From positions 1,152,001-1,216,000 of the forward strand of contig CAWDVR010000001.1 in assembly GCA_963805975.1 (NCBI GenBank): a DNA stretch of 64,000 bases. Direction: 5' to 3'. The stretch's first letter is position 1. Each line of letters begins with the position of its first letter. The notes under the pieces were generated by a model, which saw only the letters and a program-made list of their open reading frames with translations, was not told where the DNA came from and made no database searches. This document shows, piece by piece, positions 10,193 through 19,238 of this stretch. Origin of the DNA: an uncultured Acidobacteriota bacterium. Its GTDB lineage: Bacteria; Acidobacteriota; Thermoanaerobaculia; Multivoradales; SZUA-115. Made by a program: the position numbers and the translations under genes.

Positions 10193-11551
10193 CTACTCGG
10201 GCCAGATTTGGAGAGTCAGGTTCTTGTAGTTCCAGCCGTAGGTGGGCGGTTCGTTCGGGTTATCGCCGTGCCAACTGAAGTCCGCCGTAAAATCCTCGTT
10301 GTTTCCGACTTCGATGTGGCGGACATTGGTGCGGTCGGTAGTGTGCAACAGCACGTTGCCGCCGGTGTCGAGGATCTTGTACTCCAGCTCGCGGTTGGCT
10401 GCGTCATAGGTGAACTCGTTGATGTAGGTCTGGCCGATCACCATGGTGAACGGGAGGTTGTACCTCGGCTTCGCAGTGGCTTCGATGTTCATGCCGTGAC
10501 GGAAGAGGACGTTGTGGGCCCCCGGCCCGCGGGCAGCGGCGAAGCCGAGCAACCGGAAGTGGCGGTTGATGGCCAGCCACCAGAGCATATGGATGCCGGT
10601 GGTCGGCTGCCTCCACCCGTTGTTGACGACCTCGACGCGCAAGTAGGCCTTGGAGTACGAGCCGTTAGGGGTCGGGAACGTCTCGCGGCGGTAGGGTTCG
10701 CCCCCGGTCGGCGTGAAGAAAGTGCCGCGCCGCTCGAAGCAGATGGCGCCCGTTGGGCAGCCCTCCGGATCCGGATCGGGGTCGTTACCACCCGGGATGA
10801 CCAGCGTCGAGGTCAGCAGCTCCGAGGGCTGGAGCACGTTGACGGCGCCGCTCGACGAATCGAAGGTCACCCCGTAGGCATAGAACGTACGGTTGCAGCT
10901 CACCGTGAGGCGGACGCCGGTGACGTTCGCCTGGCCGAGGAGGTTCAGCACGTCGGAGTAGCGGTTGAGCGACAGGGCCGGCATCGTCACCTGAGCGGTA
11001 GAGCCGATCGGCGAGCCGTTGGCCGCGAAGGCGGACACGCTGCAAGACGCCTGCTGCTGGGAGATGTTCACCAACAAGAAGTCCGAGATCTGCTGACTGT
11101 TCCTGGACAGGGCGAGCAGATGGGCCGTGCTTCCCGCGGCGAGCAGGTTGTCCGACGAGATCACCGGCAGGTTGGCTCCCACGCGTCCCAGGAAGTTGCC
11201 CACCGGTACGAGCTGGGCGCTGATCAGTAGCTGCGGAGCGCCCGAGATCTCGAGCATGCCCACTTGGTTGGGCCCGGCGACTCCCTGCACCAGTACCGAG
11301 GAGCCCGGCAGTACTCCCACAGAAGATAGAGCGGCGCCATCCCGATCCGTCCCATTCACACCCGCGCCAATGAAAAAGGTCGATAAACGCCGATTCTCGG
11401 AACCACGGTTCGAGGCCCAGACTTGCGTCTTGTAGCGGACCCCACCCACGGTTACGTCTGCCGCGTACGGCACGTACACGGCACCACCGAAAGCCGGAGC
11501 TGCGGCGGCGAGGCAGGTGATCGATGCAACGGCGACGATCAAACGTCTCAT
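10193..11551 (-). CDS. Secreted beta-rich protein: N-terminal domain shared with upstream paralog, PDPDP linker, C-terminal beta-sandwich-like domain
   Basis: GGAGG RBS; signal peptide MRRLIVAVASITCLAAAAPAFG; no recognisable catalytic motif. Confidence 0.8.
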   Translation of the reverse strand: MRRLIVAVASITCLAAAAPAFGGAVYVPYAADVTVGGVRYKTQVWASNRGSENRRLSTFFIGAGVNGTDRDGAALSSVGVLPGSSVLVQGVAGPNQVGMLEISGAPQLLISAQLVPVGNFLGRVGANLPVISSDNLLAAGSTAHLLALSRNSQQISDFLLVNISQQQASCSVSAFAANGSPIGSTAQVTMPALSLNRYSDVLNLLGQANVTGVRLTVSCNRTFYAYGVTFDSSSGAVNVLQPSELLTSTLVIPGGNDPDPDPEGCPTGAICFERRGTFFTPTGGEPYRRETFPTPNGSYSKAYLRVEVVNNGWRQPTTGIHMLWWLAINRHFRLLGFAAARGPGAHNVLFRHGMNIEATAKPRYNLPFTMVIGQTYINEFTYDAANRELEYKILDTGGNVLLHTTDRTNVRHIEVGNNEDFTADFSWHGDNPNEPPTYGWNYKNLTLQIWPE

Positions 11552-11655
11552 GCTGAGACCTCCAAAAATGGAGTGAAGATGGACTGTTGTCCTGGCATGG
11601 CTCAACAGGTCGAGTGGGCTCTGGATCCGATGGTAAAGACCTCCCTGGTCTGGCG

Positions 11656-12408
11656 CTAGAGAGTCGAGGTCAAGGAAGCGGAAGGCTCGATGACCTTGAT
11701 GTCCGCGTTGACCGAGTCGAAGGTCAGCGCAAAGGCAGAGAAGCGCTTGTTGCAGCTCACTACCGTGCGCACCCCGCTCACCTGCGACGGGTTGAGGGTA
11801 GCGAGCACGTCGGAATAGCGGTTGATGGAGAGCGGCGCGATCGTGACCTGGGCCGTGGTGCCGAGCTGCGCGCCGTTCGCCCCGATGGTCGAGACGCTGC
11901 ACGAAGCCTGCGAGTGATCGACGTTGGCGAGCACGAGGTCGGTGACCTTCTGGCCGTCGCGGGCCAGGCCCTGGAGATGGACCGTGGTCCCGGCCGGGAT
12001 CAGGCTCTCCGAGGAGATCACCGGCAGCGTGGCGCCCAGAGCGCCGGCCTGCGCACCGACCGGAACGATCCGCGCGCTGATCGCGAGCTGAGGAGCGCCG
12101 GCGACCTCGAGCATGCCGAGCTGGTTGGGGGTGGCCAGATCCTGGACCAGCAACGTGCTGCCGGTGAGCACCGTACGGACCGTGGGAACGACTCCCTGGC
12201 GGTTGGTGCCGTCGGACCCGGCGTTGATCAGGACGGTCGAGAAGCGGCGATCTTCCGAGCCGCGGTTGGTGGCCGAGATCTGTGTCTCGTAGCGGATGCT
12301 CCCGACGGTGATGTCAGCAGTGTAGGGGACATAGACGGCACCCCCGAACGCCGGGACTGTGACGGCCAAGAGCGCGAGCGACAAGCTTGTGACGAGCGAA
12401 CGTCTCAT
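11656..12408 (-). CDS. Secreted protein, paralog of the N-terminal part of 10193-11551
   Basis: GGAGG RBS; signal peptide; shares PAFGGAVYVPY, GMLEvxGAPQL, LPVISS, NRYSDVL, VSCNxxF and LTSTL with the neighbour. Confidence 0.8.
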   Translation of the reverse strand: MRRSLVTSLSLALLAVTVPAFGGAVYVPYTADITVGSIRYETQISATNRGSEDRRFSTVLINAGSDGTNRQGVVPTVRTVLTGSTLLVQDLATPNQLGMLEVAGAPQLAISARIVPVGAQAGALGATLPVISSESLIPAGTTVHLQGLARDGQKVTDLVLANVDHSQASCSVSTIGANGAQLGTTAQVTIAPLSINRYSDVLATLNPSQVSGVRTVVSCNKRFSAFALTFDSVNADIKVIEPSASLTSTL

Positions 12409-12473
12409 CCGGAGACCTCCCAGTTGTGGTTCGTGATGTAGCCGTACCGGTTTTGAGCCGAAGTACTGTAGGA

Positions 12474-12529
12474 CTATACGGCATATTTCGTCGTGAAAGC
12501 AACCCCCGGCTGCACAAGATTTTGTGCAG
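12474..12529 (-). promoter_or_regulatory. Sigma70 promoter plus upstream palindromic regulator site
   Basis: Minus strand TTGCTT-18nt-TATAGT; perfect inverted repeat CTGCACAA-GATT-TTGTGCAG at 12510-12529. Confidence 0.55.
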
Positions 12530-12601
12530 GTGGTCGCCGCTCGAAAGATGCGATCCGTGCCTTTACCCTTGTACACTTCTATACTCTCCCGCCTGGCCTC
12601 G

Positions 12602-13750
12602 ATGACTCCTTTTCGTGTACCGACGGCTGTCACCCTGGCACCGGGCTGCCTGGCCCGGGCGGCGGAGCTCGCCCGTTCCTTCGGCCGCCGTGCCGTCCTC
12701 GCCCTGGACCGCGGCCTCGAGAGCACTCCCTGGCCGGGCCGTCTGCTCGCCGACCTCACCGCCGCCGGCTTCGAGGTGGAGGTCTTCGACGAGATCGAGC
12801 CCAACCCGCGGGCGGCCACGGTGGAGCGGCTGGCGACGCGCCTGCGCAAGAGCCGGGCGGAGGTGGTGATCGGGCTCGGCGGCGGCAGCGTGCTCGACGC
12901 CGCCAAGGCGGCGGCCATGCTGGCCACCAACGTCGGCTCCTGCGTCGCCTACGAGGGCCGCAACCGTTTCGCGGAGCGGCCACTGCCTTTCATCGCCGTG
13001 CCCACCACCTGCGGCACCGGCTCGGAGGTCACCTGGGTCTCGGTCGTGAGCGTGCCGGAACGGCGCGCCAAGATCAGTGTCAAGGGCGACGGCATGTTTC
13101 CCCGTCACGCTCTGGTAGACGCCGACCTGCTCATCACCCTGCCCCCGCACCTCGTGGCCTGGACCGCCCTCGACGCGCTCACGCACGCGCTCGAGGCCAC
13201 CACCGGCGCCCTGGCCAACCCGGCTTCCGACGCCCTGGCCGAGCGGTCGATCGAGCTCGTCTTTCGCTTCCTGCGGCGTGCGGCGCGCGACATCGAGGGT
13301 GACGCCGAGGCCAGACAGCAGGTGATGGCGGCCTCCACCCTCGCCGGCCTCGCCTTCGGCAACGCCGACGTGGCCGCCGTCCATTGTCTGTCCGAGACGC
13401 TGGGCGGCCTCTACGACGTGCCGCACGGTCTTGCCAATGCCGTGCTGTTGGGCCCCGTGCTGCGGGCTCACGGCGCGAGCGTCGAGGCCCGGCTGGCGAG
13501 CCTCGAGCGCGCGGTCACCGGCGGCCCGGGAGAGGCGGGGCCCGCCACCGCCGCCGCGCGGGTGCTCGACGCCGTCGATCGGCTCACCGCCGACCTCGGT
13601 ACACCGGTCTTCGCCGATCTCGGTGTGGCGCCGGCAGATTTTACCGAGATCGCCCGCCGCGCCGTGGCCAACGGCTCGAACGGCTCGAACCCCCGGCCGA
13701 TGGGGGAGCGGGAGTACCTCGAGATTCTCGAGCGCCTGGCCGCTCCGTAG
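12602..13750 (+). CDS. Iron-containing alcohol dehydrogenase
   Basis: GGGSVLDAAK, VPTTCGTGSEVT, DALTHALE, VHCLSE and PHGLANA. Confidence 0.93.
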   Translation: MTPFRVPTAVTLAPGCLARAAELARSFGRRAVLALDRGLESTPWPGRLLADLTAAGFEVEVFDEIEPNPRAATVERLATRLRKSRAEVVIGLGGGSVLDAAKAAAMLATNVGSCVAYEGRNRFAERPLPFIAVPTTCGTGSEVTWVSVVSVPERRAKISVKGDGMFPRHALVDADLLITLPPHLVAWTALDALTHALEATTGALANPASDALAERSIELVFRFLRRAARDIEGDAEARQQVMAASTLAGLAFGNADVAAVHCLSETLGGLYDVPHGLANAVLLGPVLRAHGASVEARLASLERAVTGGPGEAGPATAAARVLDAVDRLTADLGTPVFADLGVAPADFTEIARRAVANGSNGSNPRPMGEREYLEILERLAAP

Positions 13751-13757
13751 AGCTCTC

Positions 13758-15434
13758 TCAGGGCTGCCGCTCGGGCCGGGGCCCGACCTCGATCTCGTGG
13801 GTGATGATCGACATCACCGTCGACAGGTCGTCCCGCACGCCGATCGCCACGCGCTGCCTGCCCTCGGGCATCAGGAGGCCGATCTCGTAGCCGAAGAGCT
13901 GTTCCCTGGCGGCCTCGAGCTCCCCGGCCGGGATCTGCACCGGCACCACGGACGAGGAGATCGCCGAGCGGCTGCCGGTCTCGTCGCGCGAGGTGACGAA
14001 GAGGGTGAAGCGACCCTCGTACCCCGTGTCGCCGGGCTGCAAGGTGAGGTTGCCGAGCGGGATCCCGATGCGCAGCGGCACGCGCCTCCCGCCGTCCATC
14101 GCCACCGCCTCGCCGGCCGGTTCCATGCGCACGCCCAGCGTGTTCGAGCCCTCTCCGACCCACAGCGCCGCCAGGAGCTGGTCGTTCAACCGCTCCTCGG
14201 GCGTGCGGTCGAGGTAGCCGTGGCGGTAGCGCACCTGGGCGCCCTTGCGTTTGACCTTGACCTCCAACCGGCGGAGGTCGCCGCTGCCTGCCGCCGGCGC
14301 CTCGTAGCCCAGCGAGTAGAAGCTGCCGAGGTCGGTCCACAGCGGCTTCATCGCGGTGGGCAGGTCGATGGCGTTCAAGAGCGCCTTGCCGCCGGTGTCG
14401 GCGGCAAGGAAATTCAGTGAGTCGTGCAGGTTGGCGCGCTGATCGAGCTGCGAGGCGCCGTCGCGCCGCACCGCCTGCGGCGCCTGCCTGCCACCTGCGG
14501 CGTCGAGCGGGTAGAGCGTGACGCGGGCCGAGTTGGCGGCCGACGACAGCTTCTGGAGGCCGGAGCCGATATCGTAGCTCTCGGCACGGATGCTTGCCGA
14601 GGCGTCGCCGCAGATCCCGGCCATGCGCTTCACGATGTGGCTGCCGGGCCGCAGCTCGAGGCCGTCCGAGATGTAGAGCATCGCCTTGCGTCCCGGCACT
14701 CCCGCCATCGAGCCGAGAAGATCCCTGATCGCCTCGACCGTGGTCAGCACCCGGTGGGTCACGGTGTAGGTGTAGCGGCTGACCGCCTGGTCGATGATGC
14801 CGCTGCAGCCGCCGCTCCCGCTCTCGCCCTCGATCGCGTAGGAGATGAACTCCCAGACGACGTCCAGCTCGTTGTCGAGCTCCAGGCCGTAGTTCGGGGT
14901 GGACTCGAGACGGGCCAGGCCGGCGGCGATCGCCGTCGGGTCGCTGGTCCAGGTCTGGTGCACGTGGATCGCTTTGTCGTAGCTCACCAGAATCACCCGG
15001 TCGCGGGCTCCGAGGCCGGCGAGCACGCTCCGTAGCTGACCCAGCATGTGTGCGCGGTTCTGGGGCCGGGTGTTGACGTTGTCGAGCAGCACGATGAGCT
15101 GGAGGGGCTCGGCGGCGGCGATCCCGGTGGCCACGCCAGTGGCGGAGCCGTCGAGCCGCGGCTCGCTCACCGCTGCGAAGTTGGAGACCTCCACTCGGGC
15201 ACCTTCGTCGTAGAGCTCGAAGTCCTCGACGCCCAGGCCGGTGATCAGCTTGCCGGAACGGTCGGTGACCACCACGTCCACGTTGACCACGTTGACCTCC
15301 ACCCGCTCTCCGAAAGTGGGTGGGGAGGCGGTTCGGGGCTCGCTCTCGCCGGTGGCCTCCGGAAGGGCCCGCGAGGGCCAGAGGCCGACCAGGAGGACGA
15401 GACCGGCGGCGATGAACGGGCGGGCCTTGAACAT
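13758..15434 (-). CDS. Acidobacterial VWFA-related secreted protein
   Basis: Signal peptide; VEVNVVNVDVVVTDRSGKLITGL...DFELYDEG, GRKAMLYISDG, LAADTGG, YSLGY and VRYRHGY. Confidence 0.88.
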   Translation of the reverse strand: MFKARPFIAAGLVLLVGLWPSRALPEATGESEPRTASPPTFGERVEVNVVNVDVVVTDRSGKLITGLGVEDFELYDEGARVEVSNFAAVSEPRLDGSATGVATGIAAAEPLQLIVLLDNVNTRPQNRAHMLGQLRSVLAGLGARDRVILVSYDKAIHVHQTWTSDPTAIAAGLARLESTPNYGLELDNELDVVWEFISYAIEGESGSGGCSGIIDQAVSRYTYTVTHRVLTTVEAIRDLLGSMAGVPGRKAMLYISDGLELRPGSHIVKRMAGICGDASASIRAESYDIGSGLQKLSSAANSARVTLYPLDAAGGRQAPQAVRRDGASQLDQRANLHDSLNFLAADTGGKALLNAIDLPTAMKPLWTDLGSFYSLGYEAPAAGSGDLRRLEVKVKRKGAQVRYRHGYLDRTPEERLNDQLLAALWVGEGSNTLGVRMEPAGEAVAMDGGRRVPLRIGIPLGNLTLQPGDTGYEGRFTLFVTSRDETGSRSAISSSVVPVQIPAGELEAAREQLFGYEIGLLMPEGRQRVAIGVRDDLSTVMSIITHEIEVGPRPERQP

Positions 15435-15547
15435 GGCGGAAACCTCCTCGGGAAAAGAGCCTGCTCAGTATACGCACCCGAGGCGTGCCGGGGGCACCGC
15501 GGCCGACCCTCGCGTCCGCTACAATCGGGCCACTGTCGAGGCCTGCC

Positions 15548-16843
15548 ATGAACCGACGCCAGATGCTCGCCGCCTTGGGCGGCACCGCGACCGCTGCTTT
15601 CGCCGCCGCCCTGCGCTCCGACCGCGCGTTCGCGCTTTCCGAAAAGCTGGCGCGCCATCCGGGAGCGGCCCACGCCGTGGCGGCGGACGAGGACTTCTGG
15701 TTCGAGGTTCAGGCGGCCTTCACCGTCGACCGGACCCTGGTCAATCTCAACAACGGCGGTGTCAGCCCGTCCCCCGGTCCGGTGCAGGACGCCATGCGCC
15801 GCTATCTCGAGTACTCCAACATGGCGCCCGCCTACACCATGTGGCAGATCCTGGAGCCACAGCGGGAGACGGTGCGCAAGCGGCTGGCCGCGGCGTTCGG
15901 CTCTGATGCCGAAGAGATGGCCCTGACGCGCAACGCCTCCGAGGGCTTGCAGATCTGCCAGCTCGGTTTCGACCTCAAGGCCGGCGACGAGGTGCTGACC
16001 ACCACCCAGGACTATGGCCGCATGATCACCACCTTCGAGCAGCGGCAGCGGCGCGACGGCATCGTGCTCAAGCAGTTTCAGATCCCGGTGCCGGCCGAGG
16101 ACCCCGCCGCGGTGGTCGAGCTGTTCGAGAAGAACCTCACGCCGCGCACCAAGCTGATCCTGATGTGCCACATGATCAATCTGACCGGCCAGATCCTGCC
16201 GGTCGCCGAGGTGGTGGCGATGGCGCGCGAGCGCGGCGTCCCGGTGGTGGTGGACGGCGCCCACGCCTTCGCGCACTTCGACTTCAGGCTCGCCGACCTG
16301 GGCTGCGACTACTACGCCACCAGCCTGCACAAATGGTTGTTCGCGCCGCACGGCACCGGCTTCCTCTTCGTGCGCCGCGAGAAGATCGCCGGGCTCTGGC
16401 CGCTGATGGCGGCGCCGCAGGCTCTGGAAGGCGACATCCGGAAGTTCGAGGAGATCGGCACCCACCCCGCGGCCAACTACCTCGCGATCGGCGACGCCCT
16501 GACCTTCCACGACGGCCTCGGGGCGGCCCGCAAGGAGGCCCGGCTCACCTACCTTCGAGACCGCTGGGCACGGCGCCTGGCCACCCATCCGCGGGTGCGC
16601 CTCCACACCAGCTTGAAGCCCGGCCTGGCCTGCGGCCTGGCAACGGTCGAGTGCCTCGACCTCGACACCGCGGCCCTCGCCGACGCGCTGTGGGAAAAGC
16701 ACCGCATCTTCACCGTGGCGATCCAGCACCCCGAGTTCACGGGCCTGCGGGTGACGCCGAGCGTCTACACCACGGTCGAGGAGGTGGACCGTTTCGCGGG
16801 CGTGATGGAGCGCATCCTGGAGAAGGGGTTGGAGGCGGCATGA
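15548..16843 (+). CDS. Tat-exported class V PLP-dependent enzyme (isopenicillin N epimerase/cysteine desulfurase-like)
   Basis: MNRRQMLAAL twin-arginine signal; LNNGGVSP, VDGAHAF and SLHKWLFAP (PLP lysine). Confidence 0.88.
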   Translation: MNRRQMLAALGGTATAAFAAALRSDRAFALSEKLARHPGAAHAVAADEDFWFEVQAAFTVDRTLVNLNNGGVSPSPGPVQDAMRRYLEYSNMAPAYTMWQILEPQRETVRKRLAAAFGSDAEEMALTRNASEGLQICQLGFDLKAGDEVLTTTQDYGRMITTFEQRQRRDGIVLKQFQIPVPAEDPAAVVELFEKNLTPRTKLILMCHMINLTGQILPVAEVVAMARERGVPVVVDGAHAFAHFDFRLADLGCDYYATSLHKWLFAPHGTGFLFVRREKIAGLWPLMAAPQALEGDIRKFEEIGTHPAANYLAIGDALTFHDGLGAARKEARLTYLRDRWARRLATHPRVRLHTSLKPGLACGLATVECLDLDTAALADALWEKHRIFTVAIQHPEFTGLRVTPSVYTTVEEVDRFAGVMERILEKGLEAA

Positions 16844-17316
16844 AGAAGAGCCATCGCCGGTTGCTGTCCGTTCTCGCCGCCGGGTGCCCGGCCCTCCTCG
16901 CGGCCTGCGCGAGTGCGCCGGAGGCAACGCTGCCAGTACGGCGGGTGATCGCGACAGCCAACGCACCGGCCGCCATCGGCCCCTACTCGCAGGCCATCCA
17001 GGCCGGGGATTTCCTCTACGTCGCGGGGCAGCTCGGCACCGATCCGGCCACCGGCCAGTTGGTTCCCGGTGGCGTCGAGCCCGAGGCCCGTCGCGCCTTG
17101 GACAACGTCAAGGCGATCGTCGAAGCCGCCGGCTTCAGCCTCGCCGACGTGGTCCAGTGCCAGGTCTTCCTGGCCGACATCGCCGATTACGCCGCCTTCA
17201 ACGCCATCTACGCCACCTACTTCCCCAAAGACCCCCCGGCCCGAGCTCTCGTCCAACCGGCAGCCCTGCCGCGGGGCGGGAGGGTGGAGGTGCTGGTGGT
17301 GGCGGTGCGGCGGTGA
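16840..17316 (+). CDS. ridA: RidA-family enamine/imine deaminase with lipoprotein signal
   Basis: APAAIGPYSQAI, PPARA, LPRGGRVEV; N-terminal LLAAC lipobox; ATGA overlap with the upstream gene. Confidence 0.85.
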   Translation: MKKSHRRLLSVLAAGCPALLAACASAPEATLPVRRVIATANAPAAIGPYSQAIQAGDFLYVAGQLGTDPATGQLVPGGVEPEARRALDNVKAIVEAAGFSLADVVQCQVFLADIADYAAFNAIYATYFPKDPPARALVQPAALPRGGRVEVLVVAVRR

Positions 17317-17350
17317 AAGCGGCATCTCGGTGTCTGGTCTCGATCCAGCC

Positions 17351-17822
17351 ATGCCACGACCCAAACGATTCCTGGCCGCCCTGGCACCGCTGATTCTCCA
17401 GATCGCCGCCTGCACCGCGGGCACTCCGAACCCGGCGCCTGCATCCACCGCACCACCCGACCCGGTCACCCACGTCTACCGGGAGGTGGACGGCAGGGAG
17501 CTGCGAGCCTTCGTGTTCCAACCGCCTCAGGCAGACCGCTCACCGGCGCCGGAACGCGGGGCGCCTGGGGGTCGATGCCTCGCGAGTTGCAGGGCACGGG
17601 GTCTCCGCCGGCGGGCAACTGGTTTCCGCTGCCGCTACCAAGGGGTGTGGAGGCTCGGAAGGAAGCTTCGGCAACGGCGGGCCGGATGGAGTCGGGCACT
17701 TGTTGACCCGGAACCTCGAGGATCAGGAGGACGGCTACGATCCGGATCCCGATGCCCGCGCCGACGGGATCGCGCAGCAGGAGCGATTCCTCCGCGAGAT
17801 CTGGTTGCGGCCGAGAAACTGA
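17351..17822 (+). pseudogene. Internally deleted lipoprotein alpha/beta-hydrolase (esterase)
   Basis: One frame gives a signal/lipobox IAAC plus THVYREVDGRELRAFVF. A frame change near 17550 leads to LGVDASRVAGHGVSAGGQL (GxSxG) joined directly to GVGHLLTR...ERFLREIW, stop at 17822. The HGGG oxyanion segment and mid-domain are missing. Confidence 0.75.
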
Positions 17823-17860
17823 CCGGCGAGCCGCCGGCCCGAGCTGCTAGCATCCTCCGG

Positions 17861-19228
17861 ATGCTCGCCCGTCCCCGCCCCGTGCCGGCGCCCTGGGCAC
17901 CCGATTCCTGGCGCGCCCAGCCCACTGCGCAGCAGCCGCCGTATCCCGACGCCGCGGCGGTCGACGAGGTCATGGACCGCATCGCGCGCCTGCCGCCGAT
18001 CGTCACTTCCTGGGAGGTCGAAGCACTCAAGGCCCAGCTCGGCGAGGCCGCGGCGGGCAAGGCGTTCCTGCTCCAGGGCGGGGACTGTGCCGAGAGCTTC
18101 GACGACTGCCAGCCGTCGGTGATCGCCGACAAGCTGAAGATCCTGCTGCAGATGAGCCTGGTGCTGGTCTTCGGCGGCCGCAAGCGGGTGATCCGCGTGG
18201 GGCGCATCGCCGGCCAGTACGCCAAGCCGCGCTCGGCGGACTACGAGACCAGGGACGGTGTGACGCTGCCGGCCTACCGGGGCGACCTGGTGAACCGCGT
18301 CGGTTTCACCCAGGCGGAGCGCACCCCCGACCCGGAGCTGATGCTGCGCGGCTACGAGCGCGCCGCCCTGACCCTGAACTTCATCCGCGGCCTGACGGAC
18401 GGCGGCTTCGCCGACCTCCATCACCCGGAATACTGGGACCTGGGCTTCCTCGACCACTCGCCGCTCGCCGGCGAGTACCGGCGCATCGTCGAGCGGATGA
18501 GCGAATCGATCCGCTTCATGGAGACCCTGACGCAGCTCGATGCCGAAGAGCTGTCGCGGGTGGATTTCTACACCGCGCACGAGGGCCTGCACCTGCCGTA
18601 CGAGCAGGCGCAGACCCGGCGCGTGCCGCACCGCTCGGGCTGGTACAACCTCGCGACCCACATGCCGTGGATCGGCATGCGCACCAACGACCCGGCGGGC
18701 GCGCACGTGGAGTATTTCCGGGGCATCGAGAACCCGGTCGGCGTCAAGGTCGGCCCGGCCACGCCGCGCGACAAGCTGCTGCGCCTGATCGACCTGCTGC
18801 TGCCCGAGGAGCAGCCCGGGCGGCTCACGCTGATCCACCGCTTCGGCGCCGGGGCGATCGCCGCCGAGCTGCCCCGGCTGGTCGAGATCGTGCGCGAGGC
18901 CGGGCGCACGGTGGTCTTCTGCTGCGACCCCATGCACGGCAACACCGAGACCACGGAGTCCGGGTACAAGACGCGGCGCTTCGACTTCATCCTCTCCGAG
19001 CTCGAGCAGGCGCTCGACCTCCACGCCCGGCTGGGGAGCCACCTGGGCGGCGTTCACTTCGAGCTCACGGGCGAAAACGTGACCGAGTGCGTGGGGGGCG
19101 CGCGCGGTCTCCAGGAGGTGGACCTGAAACGGGCCTACCGCTCGCAGGTCGACCCGCGGCTGAACGACGAGCAGGCGCTCGAGATGGCGATCTCGATCGC
19201 CCGCCGCATGGCGGGTTCCCCGGCCTGA
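17861..19228 (+). CDS. 3-deoxy-7-phosphoheptulonate (DAHP) synthase, class II
   Basis: LLQGGDCAESF, RIAGQYAKPRS, WIGMRT, CDPMHGNT and DPRLN. Confidence 0.95.
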   Translation: MLARPRPVPAPWAPDSWRAQPTAQQPPYPDAAAVDEVMDRIARLPPIVTSWEVEALKAQLGEAAAGKAFLLQGGDCAESFDDCQPSVIADKLKILLQMSLVLVFGGRKRVIRVGRIAGQYAKPRSADYETRDGVTLPAYRGDLVNRVGFTQAERTPDPELMLRGYERAALTLNFIRGLTDGGFADLHHPEYWDLGFLDHSPLAGEYRRIVERMSESIRFMETLTQLDAEELSRVDFYTAHEGLHLPYEQAQTRRVPHRSGWYNLATHMPWIGMRTNDPAGAHVEYFRGIENPVGVKVGPATPRDKLLRLIDLLLPEEQPGRLTLIHRFGAGAIAAELPRLVEIVREAGRTVVFCCDPMHGNTETTESGYKTRRFDFILSELEQALDLHARLGSHLGGVHFELTGENVTECVGGARGLQEVDLKRAYRSQVDPRLNDEQALEMAISIARRMAGSPA

Positions 19229-19238
19229 GCCTCCCGCA

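Noticed and set aside
17645-17675. AGGCTCGGAAGGAAGC resembling the SRP RNA helix-8 motif
   Set aside because: It lacks the flanking long helix and reads as coding sequence (GGSEGS) within the esterase remnant
17069-19228. Apparent lipoprotein-DAHP synthase fusion (719 aa)
   Set aside because: The upstream part is RidA overlap plus a deleted esterase read partly out of frame; DAHP synthase has its own -10 and ATG at 17861
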